Positions 45,755 to 56,389 of a stretch of 64,000 bases of DNA are shown here, piece after piece; the first letter of the stretch is position 1; the number at the start of each line of letters is the position of its first letter. A program made the translations under genes and the position numbers. The notes beneath the pieces were generated by a model. That model ran no database searches, was not told the DNA's origin, and saw only the letters and a program-made list of their open reading frames with translations. The stretch is taken from the sequence record ON000910.1; one strand, written 5' to 3'.

Positions 45755-48700
45755 CTATTTGTTTTTGAGTCGGCGTTACTGGGTCATATGGGTTACCAAC
45801 GTTGTCTTTCAATCTGTAATCAGAATCTTCGTACATATCTGAAATACTCGTCGATGCTGCTGACCAGTCAAACATAAATGCAGGAGCTCGTTCGTATGCC
45901 GTCATTCCCCAATATACCGACCCGTTTGCGTCTGCTGATTGAACTTTCGCAGTTGGGTTGTAATTGGGATTCAGAACACGTTTCTTACCGCCCCATTCAT
46001 CGTTGATATCACCCGTGTCTGTTTCTATATATCGTTGCTCGTCGATAGCTGAATACTCATCTAAAGCAATCACACGATCATTAGCCCAGTAGTTGTTGTA
46101 GTCGATGATTGTAATACCCTGTGTATTAGTCAATCGATCTTGAATCGCATGATCAAGCGGGTCTTCTAGTGCTAACGGATGTGGCTTCAATTGAAGTTCA
46201 CCAAACGAGTTGTAAATTCTATCGTCGTTACCATCAAGCAATGAAGTTTCTTCAGTGAAGTTATTCCCTATACCGTTGTCATAGCGAATCAATCTGTATG
46301 AATCTACAATCGTTTCGTGATGATTGACTGAGATACCGTGATTAATCAATACTGTCAGCAACGTAATACCTAAGAACCCAAACCCAATTGGGTGTACAAA
46401 TCGAATTACATCATCTTTGTACTGACTAAGCTGAATCTCAGAACGAATCTTCATAACGTAGTATGATTTGCTTCGATCAAGAAATTCATTTGAATCGTAG
46501 TCGATTCGTTCACCTTGTACGCGAGTAATCGCAGTTGCGGTGAATTCCAGACCGTCGATTTCTAACGTGTCGCCGATGTTCAACTCACCGATTAAGTTGT
46601 TCAAAGTCAATTTCCAGTAACGTTTACCTTCAATGTAATGACGGTCAACATATGTCACGTCTGCGTTGCCTGTCTCTGAATAAATTCTACGACCTACTAC
46701 ATCATCGGTTACGTCATTTGAGTTAACAACGATTGAATATTCAAACGTGTTAAGCGATTCTATTTCAACTTCAACATCTTCGTTGTATAGCAACTTGAAC
46801 AAGAACTTGTATGAGTCTAAAATACCTTTAGTGCTGTAAAAATCTGCACGTCGCGCCAAGAAAAATTTAACAACTGCATCACGTTTCTCTGGCTCTAGAA
46901 TACGATTTCGCTCGTATACTAATTTGTGTAGATACTCAGTGTAATGGTCGTCAAGTGGGTTTTTGCTGTTAAGCAAATTATACACGTTATTATAAGCCGT
47001 ACCATCACCTTTACTGATGAAATCTAAGTAGTGCTTTGCAAAACTCTTGTAAAACCCGTCTGCATCGAGATAATTCTCTGGCATCATCTTGTAAATCAAT
47101 GGTGTCAGAGTCGGGTCAAGCATACTTGTTGGGTCTTCTTCAGGCGGCTCGATAATTACAGGTGAATAATTCGACAAACTAGCCGTGATTACACGACGCT
47201 CTGGAGACCAGCGAATTGGCGCTGTGATATCAACGCGGTATGGAAACTTGTAGTAACCTATTACCTTGTTGTCGTTCGCGCTGTGAATGATCGCACCTGC
47301 TGCATAACCATTAAACCCGAAAATCGATAGATTTGGAGCTTCTAGTTTGTATTCACCCTCGTCAAATGTCTCTTTCCATTTATATTCGTCGAGATCTTCA
47401 AAGTCGCTTCTGAAAATTGACTCTTTCTTGTAGTACATGATTTCATTTGCCCAAGATTTCCAATCACGTGTTTCAGCACGCTGCATCCAGTTGAAATGCG
47501 CGGATCCGTAATAATCTTGCGGCTTGTAGTACCAATCATCGCCGTCTTTCGTCGCGATAATCTGTGTCATCGGCTTAACGTATGTTGTAAAGAACGGTTT
47601 AGTGAACATACGAACAGCTTCGTCAACTTCATCGTTGTCTGAAACTAGATACGGGTCATCTATTGTACCGTAGTTATCACCCGCAGTTGAGTGGAAATTA
47701 CCAGGTGCACCGCTAGACTCTTGACGATTGTCGTAAGCTGGGTTGCCTTCTTCACCGTAGTTCTTTGTTAGATCGTGACCTACAATCAAATGAGTGTTGT
47801 CACGTGAAATAACTGAACGTTCGTTTAGAAGTTCGCGTTCTTCTTCAATGTTTCCGTATACACGTTCCCATGTCAAGCCAGTGTAACCAATAACGATACC
47901 ATCTCTCAATGTCGCTGTGCGATTTAGTCGATAAACACCGCGAATCTCATTCGGGTCAGATGTACCGATTCGTTTACCGTTCTCGTCATGCTCCCACTCA
48001 CCTATGACTAGCGCGAACATATTGCCGTCTTGATAATCGAGACCTTGCTCTGGGTCGTCGAAGTACTGAATTTTCTTAACACACACATCTGCTGTGTTTT
48101 CATCAAAATTAGGTCGACTCGCGTCGTTTTTCACAATCTTATCTTCAAAGTAAACAGGTTCGTTGTTTAATTCGCCCGTTGTTTCGAAAATACGTTCGCC
48201 ATATAGTTCTGATAATACGTTATCGAAAATGCGCGGGATTCTGTTGTTATGCCACACGTAGGTGTTTGCGTATGTTACAACGGACATTACATCATCAACG
48301 CCGAAAGCGTCTGCCTTGTTACGCACTTGTGGTGGTAATATAGCCAAATCTTTGAAACGCTCAACATCGAACCCAAACCCTAAGTCGAAGTCTAGTTTAT
48401 CGAACGTCAAATCAACCGATGCATGTGAATATTCAAGCCCATTATCGTGCGAGTAATCAACGTCATTCGATTGTACGCCTTGAATAAGGTAATCATACCC
48501 TAGTAGGTAACTAAATGCGTTAGACTGCTTACAGATGCAATCATAGACTGGGTTCCCTAGTCTTGAGTTCGTTGCTTTATATGTCTGCCATGTTCTACCG
48601 CCGTCGTTAGACACTTTACAAACTTGTTGCCAGCGTTCGAACGCATATATAACATCGTCTATAACAACAGGGATTACGCGATCAACGTTCTGACATACAG

Positions 48701-49244
48701 TTGGGACTTTGCCATAATTTGCACTAAAACCGGGATTTGTAACAAACCAATATGCCGCTGAATCGACGTTAAACATATTAGGGTCAAATTCAAAACCTGG
48801 TCGCACTAGGGTAGCTTGTAGGTTGTTACGACTGTTTAGGTATTGGTCGTTGTCGTTATTCAAACGCTCTTCAATGAATGAAGATGCGGGAATGAATTCG
48901 TCTTGAGTCGTGATGTCGTAATCGTTTGTGTCCGACGTATACCCGATATCAGATGTGACCCACTCACTCGGTTCAAAACCCTTGTAAACAGAACGAATTC
49001 TCCATTGATAATAACGAACAGAACTGTTAATATTCGTAAACAGTCTCGTTTCGCTAGTAAACGGGTTAGGGTATAACGCTGTGAAACTTTGTGTTAGAAG
49101 AATTTCTGCACTAACAGCCGAACGAACATGAATCTCGTAGCGAAAGTTTTCACCTACGGTTGACCATGAAAGTTCAGCATAGTTTCGCGTCAATTTGTCA
49201 ATAGACACCCCCATAATTGGAGGTGCTTGTAATACGTTTGCCAT
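45747..49244 (-). CDS. gp7: Baseplate wedge subunit gp7
   Basis: AP....V.IDKL..NY..L.W..VG.NF.Y; VSNDGGRTW; FYSTKG...SYKFLFKLLYNEDVE; RFVHPIGFGF.G. Confidence 0.92.
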   Translation of the reverse strand: MANVLQAPPIMGVSIDKLTRNYAELSWSTVGENFRYEIHVRSAVSAEILLTQSFTALYPNPFTSETRLFTNINSSVRYYQWRIRSVYKGFEPSEWVTSDIGYTSDTNDYDITTQDEFIPASSFIEERLNNDNDQYLNSRNNLQATLVRPGFEFDPNMFNVDSAAYWFVTNPGFSANYGKVPTVCQNVDRVIPVVIDDVIYAFERWQQVCKVSNDGGRTWQTYKATNSRLGNPVYDCICKQSNAFSYLLGYDYLIQGVQSNDVDYSHDNGLEYSHASVDLTFDKLDFDLGFGFDVERFKDLAILPPQVRNKADAFGVDDVMSVVTYANTYVWHNNRIPRIFDNVLSELYGERIFETTGELNNEPVYFEDKIVKNDASRPNFDENTADVCVKKIQYFDDPEQGLDYQDGNMFALVIGEWEHDENGKRIGTSDPNEIRGVYRLNRTATLRDGIVIGYTGLTWERVYGNIEEERELLNERSVISRDNTHLIVGHDLTKNYGEEGNPAYDNRQESSGAPGNFHSTAGDNYGTIDDPYLVSDNDEVDEAVRMFTKPFFTTYVKPMTQIIATKDGDDWYYKPQDYYGSAHFNWMQRAETRDWKSWANEIMYYKKESIFRSDFEDLDEYKWKETFDEGEYKLEAPNLSIFGFNGYAAGAIIHSANDNKVIGYYKFPYRVDITAPIRWSPERRVITASLSNYSPVIIEPPEEDPTSMLDPTLTPLIYKMMPENYLDADGFYKSFAKHYLDFISKGDGTAYNNVYNLLNSKNPLDDHYTEYLHKLVYERNRILEPEKRDAVVKFFLARRADFYSTKGILDSYKFLFKLLYNEDVEVEIESLNTFEYSIVVNSNDVTDDVVGRRIYSETGNADVTYVDRHYIEGKRYWKLTLNNLIGELNIGDTLEIDGLEFTATAITRVQGERIDYDSNEFLDRSKSYYVMKIRSEIQLSQYKDDVIRFVHPIGFGFLGITLLTVLINHGISVNHHETIVDSYRLIRYDNGIGNNFTEETSLLDGNDDRIYNSFGELQLKPHPLALEDPLDHAIQDRLTNTQGITIIDYNNYWANDRVIALDEYSAIDEQRYIETDTGDINDEWGGKKRVLNPNYNPTAKVQSADANGSVYWGMTAYERAPAFMFDWSAASTSISDMYEDSDYRLKDNVGNPYDPVTPTQKQIGE

Positions 49245-51202
49245 TAAGAAATACCCTCAAGAACGATATCTGTGTATTGAGGACGAAGCTCGTTCTCATA
49301 TACGATCAAGCTACCGTCATCTGTGTATATATTAGATCGAGTAGGCGAAGCTGATACAATCAAATTACCAGTCACATCCCAATCTGCTGAGTTTATCCCC
49401 AAGTTGATGAAATCATAGTCCATCATACCTGATGCGTAGTTGATAGTACCGATTCGGTAGTATAAGCTGCGCGAGCCGATTACTTCACGATCAAAGTCGT
49501 TATCAGTATAAGCACCCGTAGGCAAGCCAGTTTCTGGGTCTAGCGGGTTTGTAATATCACCGGGTGCAAATGGACCCAATAACATCGTACCGATATCTTC
49601 TTCGGTCGGTGCAGTTCGTGCGGCTGTCGTTCTGATCTGCACGTCATACCCGCCCGGGGTGAACATGATATCTTCTGATTTTACAGAACGCTCGGTAATC
49701 GGGTTTAAGAAACTATACCCACTCATAGGCGTTTGAGCGAAATTCGCTAATTCACGAATTAAACTAATGTCACATCTAGAACCTAGAATTGACGGGTGAG
49801 CTTCATCAACATAGCTCAACATCTTAGAAACATGGAACGATGCATTGAAGATCTCAACATCATTGTAGTAATAATCTGAAATCGCATTGATGATTTGAGC
49901 TTTCAAATAATCGGCACCTTCAGCCAATGAACCTGTACGGTAGTTGATTCTTAGATTGTGTTTTACATACAAGTAATCTGGGTCAACAACTTTAGGTGTC
50001 ACTGTAACAATATTGAATTCTTTCAAATATTCTTCGATGTCTTGTCGCGCTACTTGTGGAAGTGTCAACCCGCTCTTCGGCTTAATCGAGATAAACACAT
50101 AACCTGGCTTATCTGAGCTTCCGAACGCCTGAACAGACTGAACGATGTTACCGAACTTCTGAGAAACAAATGTTTCATAGTCAAGTTTAGTAACACAACG
50201 ACGCTGCGACTCTCTGAAAATAGGGGCTAGTTCGCGAATACGCTCCGTGCCTTCAGCATAACCACCACCAATCGAACCAACAAAGTTTTCATCGTTATTC
50301 GGGTTATCGTCGATGTTTTTATCATCTAACTGGAAGTTAGGAATGTCATCTGCCCATGTGAATCGTTTTGAGCCGTTAGCAACTGGTCCCTGTGTTTTCA
50401 CATATTGAACACGAATGCGCTGACCTTCGATTGGACGCAGACCGCCGATATAACCCGGGTCGTAAGCACCACCACTTTCTACAAAGTCAGTTAGTTCGCC
50501 TTCACCGAAGTAAACCTCAGTGTAACCATCTACAGTTTCACGCAGATAGAATACGTTTGAACCGCCTGTTACATTGACTATCGATTTGTCTGTCCAGTTA
50601 GTCCATTCCGTGTTATCAACGAACACACGCACATAGTTTCGATCTAAATCTGGGTCTTTGATCGTAATCGATTCGGTTTCACTAAATAGCGCCTCATATC
50701 GACCTAGAGTGCCTTGAACGAGGTCTATCTGGTCTTGATATACAAGCGGGCTTTGTGGGTCTAATGGGTCCTGCTTTGCACCGATTAGAATGTGAGGTTC
50801 CCACACGATGTAGCTGTAGTAATCAACCCCGTCAACGTCAGCACTGAAACGAGTACCCGTACCTAGCGTAATTTCAACTGGGTTTTCAGCGTGATACGCT
50901 TTGATACCGATTGTATGTGTTGCTGCCGATAAAGAACTAGGCGCGTAACCCATATCTTGAGCGTGCTGAACTACACTGCTGTGTTTTTGAGCAGTGCGAA
51001 TAAAACTCTCGAACAATGCTGCATTCGAGTAGTGCTGCATGTACATTGTGCTGTATGCAAGCAAATCTGTTAGTACGTTCAGACGACTTCCCTTGAAGTC
51101 ATAATCCTTGAACTCGTCTTGACCTTTCAGATATTGAATAAGATCTTGCTTGATTGTCTCAAACGAGCCAGAACTAACAGGCAAATTCGAGTTAGTTGTC
51201 AT
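49244..51202 (-). CDS. gp6: Baseplate wedge subunit gp6
   Basis: YLKGQDEFKDYDF.GSRLNVL.DLLAY, Q.RCVT..DYE.FV, PG.VFI.IKP. Confidence 0.96.
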   Translation of the reverse strand: MTTNSNLPVSSGSFETIKQDLIQYLKGQDEFKDYDFKGSRLNVLTDLLAYSTMYMQHYSNAALFESFIRTAQKHSSVVQHAQDMGYAPSSLSAATHTIGIKAYHAENPVEITLGTGTRFSADVDGVDYYSYIVWEPHILIGAKQDPLDPQSPLVYQDQIDLVQGTLGRYEALFSETESITIKDPDLDRNYVRVFVDNTEWTNWTDKSIVNVTGGSNVFYLRETVDGYTEVYFGEGELTDFVESGGAYDPGYIGGLRPIEGQRIRVQYVKTQGPVANGSKRFTWADDIPNFQLDDKNIDDNPNNDENFVGSIGGGYAEGTERIRELAPIFRESQRRCVTKLDYETFVSQKFGNIVQSVQAFGSSDKPGYVFISIKPKSGLTLPQVARQDIEEYLKEFNIVTVTPKVVDPDYLYVKHNLRINYRTGSLAEGADYLKAQIINAISDYYYNDVEIFNASFHVSKMLSYVDEAHPSILGSRCDISLIRELANFAQTPMSGYSFLNPITERSVKSEDIMFTPGGYDVQIRTTAARTAPTEEDIGTMLLGPFAPGDITNPLDPETGLPTGAYTDNDFDREVIGSRSLYYRIGTINYASGMMDYDFINLGINSADWDVTGNLIVSASPTRSNIYTDDGSLIVYENELRPQYTDIVLEGIS

Positions 51203-51256
51203 GTTATTCCCCTGTTGGTAAAATTATGTAAATTTCGTTTCTTATATTTAATATAC

Positions 51257-51282
51257 AAAAAAGCCCACTCAATGAGCGGGCT
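51257..51282 (-). terminator. Terminator after gene 25
   Basis: Minus strand: AGCCCGCTCA-TT-GAGTGGGCT then a T run; a TAAATA late-promoter core follows at 51245-51252. Confidence 0.7.
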
Positions 51283-51287
51283 ATCGT

Positions 51288-51707
51288 TTATAGACGATTT
51301 ACTAGTCTAGTTGACAAGGCAAACAGTCTATCGAAGTTAGTTTTTAAGTGATACTGTATAGACACGTCATACGTGTTTTCATCATATACAGGGATGACAT
51401 CAATTCGCTGAATAGCAACACGAGGTTCCCATCTTGAAATCGCATTTTCAATACTATATTTGATTGAGAACGCGCTTGCTGGAGAAATATTCTCAAACAA
51501 TTGATTGTTAATGTCACAGCCGAATTCAGGGTTGAACGGTCGTTCTCCTTTATTCGTACTCACGATACCTACGATAGATTCTTGTATTGCTTTTAAGTCA
51601 TACGATGCGCTCAAGTCATTGTTTACAACACTTTTATTAAAGTTTGCAGGGATGTCACTGAAATAGAAACTCCCGGGCTTTAACGTGTTCAACTCTGCAA
51701 TTGCCAT
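51288..51707 (-). CDS. gp25: Baseplate protein gp25
   Basis: AI.ESI.GIVST.KGERPFNPEFGCD....LFEN...WEPRV; late promoter TATAAATA at 51730-51737. Confidence 0.95.
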   Translation of the reverse strand: MAIAELNTLKPGSFYFSDIPANFNKSVVNNDLSASYDLKAIQESIVGIVSTNKGERPFNPEFGCDINNQLFENISPASAFSIKYSIENAISRWEPRVAIQRIDVIPVYDENTYDVSIQYHLKTNFDRLFALSTRLVNRL

Positions 51708-51745
51708 AGTTTTTCTCCGATTTTAAATTTATTTATAGAAAAGTG

Positions 51746-51774
51746 TTGACAGGCATATCTTATTTACCTATTAT
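51746..51774 (+). promoter_or_regulatory. Sigma70-like early promoter
   Basis: TTGACA-N17-TATTAT. Confidence 0.82.
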
Positions 51775-51842
51775 GTACTCCTCAGCGCAACGAAGCGCAC
51801 AAACAGAGATGTGAATAACTTCATTAACTAAGAGAGCAAAAC

Positions 51843-52718
51843 ATGTTTAAGAAACTTGCAAAACTATTATCAGTATCTGCGCTCGGTCTAGCACTTGTAG
51901 GCTGTGGCACACCTGCTGAAATCCCAACGGGTTTCGTCGGTAAGATTCAAACGCCTAATGGCTTCAATTTAGAAGCAGAGCCGCGACAACCGTCTAAATT
52001 TCGTCTCGATTGGGCATGGCGCTACCCAGATCGTCTAGTACTTCTTGACGTATCTGACAGCTTCTACCAAATGAACTTCAACACGTTCATGCCAAAAGAT
52101 GAGCTTATGCTTGCTTACTCAGTCGAAATGACAATGGCGATTGACCCTGCGAAGTACAACTTCGTATTCGCTAAAGTGCCGTTCCGAGCACAAACAGACC
52201 AGCTAGGTGTAATTGATCAGAAAGACGTGTTTAAACGTTATGCGAAAGCTAAACTGAATACGATTGTACCTAGTATTGTAGCTGAATACAGCATCAAACA
52301 GGTTGCGTCTGAACGTCAAAAACTGAACTCGTTCGTTCTTAATCGCTTGAATCAAGAGCTGAAAGATACGCCGTTCGTTCTTAAAGTCGTAGGTGTTACT
52401 AACGTAGATTACCCTAAGACAATCACAGACGCACAAATCAAATCTGCTGAACGTCGTCAAGAAGAAGACACAGTTAAAGCACAACGTAAGCTAGACTTGC
52501 TACAAATCGCAACACGTGAAGAAGTATCAAAGCGTCAGCGTGAAATCGAGCTGTACGAAGCTGAAACTAAAAAGTTAGTAGCTGACAAGCTGATGAACTC
52601 TAACGTGCGATTCATCGAAGAGCAAAAAACTCTACGTGAACTTGCGAAGTCGAATAACAAAGTGTTCGTACCAACGAAAATGCTTGATGATATCGCAGTA
52701 CAAACACCAATCAAATAA
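51843..52718 (+). CDS. SPFH/band-7 domain lipoprotein
   Basis: Lipobox LGLALVG|C; GFVGK.....G; YSI..V...R..L...L..EL..TPF....V.VTNVDYP..IT.A; C-terminal coiled coil. Confidence 0.8.
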   Translation: MFKKLAKLLSVSALGLALVGCGTPAEIPTGFVGKIQTPNGFNLEAEPRQPSKFRLDWAWRYPDRLVLLDVSDSFYQMNFNTFMPKDELMLAYSVEMTMAIDPAKYNFVFAKVPFRAQTDQLGVIDQKDVFKRYAKAKLNTIVPSIVAEYSIKQVASERQKLNSFVLNRLNQELKDTPFVLKVVGVTNVDYPKTITDAQIKSAERRQEEDTVKAQRKLDLLQIATREEVSKRQREIELYEAETKKLVADKLMNSNVRFIEEQKTLRELAKSNNKVFVPTKMLDDIAVQTPIK

Positions 52719-52767
52719 TAACCACAAAGGGCAGTGTTTCACTGCCCTCTCTTAAAAAGGAAACGTA

Positions 52768-53127
52768 ATGGAATTTCTTCTACCTGTTTTGCCAATTATT
52801 GGCATGTTTGTAATATTACTTCTAATTCTAGCAGTGTCTTTCTTCATGGCGAAGATTTTCAAGCTAGACATTAAACTACCTTACGGTAAAATCATCACTG
52901 CTGCACTTCTACTCACAGTTGCTGCGAGTGGTTTTAAAATTGCAACGTCGCCAATTACTCGTCCTACCATGAACGAAGCAGTCAACGACACAGCCAAGTA
53001 CAAAGTAGACGAATTCACTGAGCTTGAAGCACCTGTACTAGAAGACAAGTCATTCAAAGCTGAAGATGTTGATGTTACTACGCTAGACAGCGAAGAGCGT
53101 ATCAAAAATCACACTAAGAACTTGTAA
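52768..53127 (+). CDS. Hypothetical membrane protein
   Basis: Two hydrophobic N-terminal segments then an acidic tail; AAGGA RBS. Confidence 0.7.
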   Translation: MEFLLPVLPIIGMFVILLLILAVSFFMAKIFKLDIKLPYGKIITAALLLTVAASGFKIATSPITRPTMNEAVNDTAKYKVDEFTELEAPVLEDKSFKAEDVDVTTLDSEERIKNHTKNL

Positions 53128-53410
53128 CCTTCCCTGCGCCCCCTGCAACCGTATCGCCACATGTTAGCGTGTCACCGATACGGATTGCATTACTCCCTTC
53201 TATAAACACCTTCGGGCTAAAAGTCGCTGCGCTACCTGAATGACAATCATAGTTCGGTACTGTATTACAGTGCGTTACGTGAACTAAGTTATCTTTAGAC
53301 AACGCAGGCTTACCTTGCACTGTTACTTTCCCACTCCCACCCGTTACTACTGTTGGCGGGTATGTCCCGTGACCTGTTGTTGGTTCATCTGCACCTGCTA
53401 GAGCTGGCAT
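53114..53410 (-). CDS. gp5.4: PAAR spike-tip protein gp5.4
   Basis: TGHG.YPP......V.V.GKPA...H.HC...H......S.KVFIEG....RIGD...CGD. Confidence 0.93.
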   Translation of the reverse strand: MPALAGADEPTTGHGTYPPTVVTGGSGKVTVQGKPALSKDNLVHVTHCNTVPNYDCHSGSAATFSPKVFIEGSNAIRIGDTLTCGDTVAGGAGKVTSS

Positions 53411-53895
53411 TAGTTACCTCCTGCTGCTATATAATCTCTAAGTTGCTGCGCCCATGTATCCCACTTACCTTTAACGTTCTGAGTAAATGTTTCAACGAGC
53501 TGCCGCTCTTCAATTACTCCCGGTACAAGCGGGTCTTCGTATTCGTAATCAACTGTAACTGTATATGTGTAGTCAGTTGATAACACGCTCGGCGCTTCGA
53601 ATCGATACACGTGACCATGTTCAGGGTTGTTCGGTAGATCGCTAAATCTACTCACTTCATGATAGCTATTGTCTCGTGTATCCCTGTATTTCAGACCACT
53701 AGGTCCCAGATCAAACGAATCTTGATACTGACCGTAATATCTTGCGCCTGAGACATTAATACCCGCATTCGCCCGATGATCAGTTATTGATATCTGAACA
53801 AGTGTCTCACCTTCGTCCATAACCGCGGAGAACGTCACATCGACGTTCTCCCCTTCTGTAATGATCGGTAAAGTGATTGGTGTAATACTAGCCAT
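53410..53895 (-). CDS. gp5.1: gp5.1-like protein
   Basis: 161 aa between genes 5 and 5.4; LP.I.EGE..D..F, LKYRD, WD.W..QLR.Y pattern. Confidence 0.72.
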   Translation of the reverse strand: MASITPITLPIITEGENVDVTFSAVMDEGETLVQISITDHRANAGINVSGARYYGQYQDSFDLGPSGLKYRDTRDNSYHEVSRFSDLPNNPEHGHVYRFEAPSVLSTDYTYTVTVDYEYEDPLVPGVIEERQLVETFTQNVKGKWDTWAQQLRDYIAAGGN

Positions 53896-53899
53896 TCAA

Positions 53900-55117
53900 T
53901 TACCCTAGGCTCACTGTTGAACCGTCTAATGCCGCAGCCCCTGCGAGACTAAGCGTTGCGCCACCACCGTCATCACTAATTGATGACGCCGAACGTGTAT
54001 AAGACGAACTAACGCTTTCTGACATCGAGCCACCGACTGTTATTGTGTAATTACCGCTGATATTCTGCGTGTAATCGCCCGTGACGTTACTTTGAACATT
54101 CCCGCCCACAGTTTGATTAACATTCCCGTCAACGTTCTGTGTGACGTTCTGATGCACTGTCTGACTAACATCTTTATCAACTGTTTGAGTAACATTCATT
54201 TCAACATGCTGATCAACATTACCCTTAACATGCTGCTTCAAATCACCATCAACTTGCTGCGTGACATTTTGCTGGCAATAGAACGTCGCGTCACCGACAA
54301 CGGTTATATTCAAGTTCCCTTTGATAAAGACATTCTGATCTTTTTGAACAATCTCAAAATCATCACCAACAATCTTTGTAACTTTACTGCCGTCAGGGTG
54401 AATTTCTTCAAATGTACCTGTTCGATGATACGTATGTAAACGCTCTGCACCCACAGTGTCATCAACCTCTCTGATGTGCCCAGATTCAGACTCGTGTACA
54501 TGATTGAACGGGTACTGCGCTGCGTACGGCGTCTCTTTCTCGTTATAAACGGGACCGTTTTGATTATATCCCGCAATCGGAATGTCTTTCTCTTCGGCTG
54601 CGCGTTTACTAGCGATTATTTCATGTGGTCTATACACATAAGGCGCATCGCCACTATCAAAATCGCTCTGAGATTGATTTTCATCATACACATCGGGATC
54701 TACATCGTTTCGAGCTAAACGGTTTGTATCGGGCTCATTAAGTTTATCAGCTAACGGGTATTTTTCGTTTGGGTCATTAAACCCCTTACTGCCGTTAGCT
54801 AATTCTTCAGGTATACCAGGCAAAACACCCATCGCAATTGCATCTTGATGCAACTTATCTCTGAAAAAGCCGAATACCCATGTACCTTCAACTACCCCTA
54901 TTGGTGTATTACCAATCCCGTTCATTGCAGCGTTATCAAGCGACTGCATAGGGTGAACCCAAAGAAGTTCTTCAGTTCGAATACCTTGATTTGAACTTTT
55001 CTTCTCGGGGTGAAACCCAATCATTCTGACTTTAATTCTACCGAGTTTGAGTGGGTCGTTTGTTCTATCTTCAACAACACCAGTCCACCAATCAAACCCA
55101 TCTAATCCCATAAACAT
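53900..55117 (-). CDS. gp5: Baseplate central spike gp5 without a lysozyme domain
   Basis: OB-fold GVVEDR.DPLKLGR..VR..G.H; YPFNHV.ESESGHI.E.DDT.G.ER; octapeptide beta-helix repeats; only 405 aa. Confidence 0.93.
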   Translation of the reverse strand: MFMGLDGFDWWTGVVEDRTNDPLKLGRIKVRMIGFHPEKKSSNQGIRTEELLWVHPMQSLDNAAMNGIGNTPIGVVEGTWVFGFFRDKLHQDAIAMGVLPGIPEELANGSKGFNDPNEKYPLADKLNEPDTNRLARNDVDPDVYDENQSQSDFDSGDAPYVYRPHEIIASKRAAEEKDIPIAGYNQNGPVYNEKETPYAAQYPFNHVHESESGHIREVDDTVGAERLHTYHRTGTFEEIHPDGSKVTKIVGDDFEIVQKDQNVFIKGNLNITVVGDATFYCQQNVTQQVDGDLKQHVKGNVDQHVEMNVTQTVDKDVSQTVHQNVTQNVDGNVNQTVGGNVQSNVTGDYTQNISGNYTITVGGSMSESVSSSYTRSASSISDDGGGATLSLAGAAALDGSTVSLG

Positions 55118-56388
55118 TATTTCTTGCTCCCCGCAACTGCTACATTCATCGACGAATCACTTGATAATTCAAGCGTAGTAATGAATGAATTAGGCTCAAC
55201 GCGATGCTTCAATTCATGAACAATCCATTTCCCTGACACATCAAGACTCGAATGGTTGTCACCAGTTACTGCGTGATAGTCAAGAAACACAACATCACCA
55301 ACTGTAATGTTCGTATTACCTGGTATTTCTACAAGTATCTGTTTTGCATTCAAGTACGTTTCTTCCATTAATGAAACGCCATGAACAGACCCCAAAGGGT
55401 GTTTATTGTCATGCTCGTAAAAGCCGTCGTTTGATATCAATTGAATGCTATTCAACGGTTGTTCGGTTACTGGAACTTCACTAGGAAATTCTGATTCACT
55501 CGTGTACATATGAGCTTTGTCATTTAAAATCCCAACCTTTTCAATATAATCACCACGACGAACATCTTTAGTCGTCAACTTTTTGCGAATTAAACTATGA
55601 GAATATGTTCTAGAACCGAATAAACCACTAGAAATCTCATGCATATTAGATTGTTCTTTCACTACAACGCGCAATGCTGTGATTGTTTTACCGCGACCCG
55701 ATGTCCATTTACCATCACCCGTGTCAGCACCTTTACGAATTATATAATCGTAATCTTTGTTTCTAATCGTGCCAAGAGACGCGAATTTAACTGAGTCTCG
55801 ATCTTCGTAAAACATGAACTTACAACTGTTGTTCACGTCAGTGCTTGCATGGTCTACAAGACTGCTGATGATGTCGTAAGGTTTACCGATCTTAGTCACG
55901 TAATCGCGTTGATATAGAGAAGATTCAATTTCATACACGGGCTTCTCATCACCCAAATTGTCTAAAATCGTTTTGATTATGTTCGATATACTAGTTTTCT
56001 TGAACACATACGGGCGTTTAACGTAATCATTCAATGTCAATAGATTATTAGTAAAACGAACAATTATAGTTTCGAACCCACCAGTCGTTGACGGCATTCT
56101 TGATATGCCAGTAGCACGAAACGTTTTTCGATATACCTTGTTTGCTTGCTCCCCGACATATGAAGCAAAATCAACATCGATAGCTTCAAACCCCGTCATT
56201 CGAACGGTGTCTACGATTCCGACTGAATCTGTGAACATGAACATGCCCGAAACTAACCCGTCAAGCGACTCATAAATTTCCATGTGTGTGATTTCATTTT
56301 CAACAGCCGAGGCGAAATCAACACCACGAATGTGAATTTTGCTAACCACAAAGTTCTCAATTGGGTTAGCGGAGCGCATTTCAAACAT
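55117..56388 (-). CDS. gp27: Baseplate hub protein, gp27-like
   Basis: 423 aa between genes 53 and 5; IYES..G..SG...F.D, PGN.NI.VGDV, SGKWIV..L.H phage-hub signatures. Confidence 0.75.
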   Translation of the reverse strand: MFEMRSANPIENFVVSKIHIRGVDFASAVENEITHMEIYESLDGLVSGMFMFTDSVGIVDTVRMTGFEAIDVDFASYVGEQANKVYRKTFRATGISRMPSTTGGFETIIVRFTNNLLTLNDYVKRPYVFKKTSISNIIKTILDNLGDEKPVYEIESSLYQRDYVTKIGKPYDIISSLVDHASTDVNNSCKFMFYEDRDSVKFASLGTIRNKDYDYIIRKGADTGDGKWTSGRGKTITALRVVVKEQSNMHEISSGLFGSRTYSHSLIRKKLTTKDVRRGDYIEKVGILNDKAHMYTSESEFPSEVPVTEQPLNSIQLISNDGFYEHDNKHPLGSVHGVSLMEETYLNAKQILVEIPGNTNITVGDVVFLDYHAVTGDNHSSLDVSGKWIVHELKHRVEPNSFITTLELSSDSSMNVAVAGSKK

Positions 56389-56389
56389 G

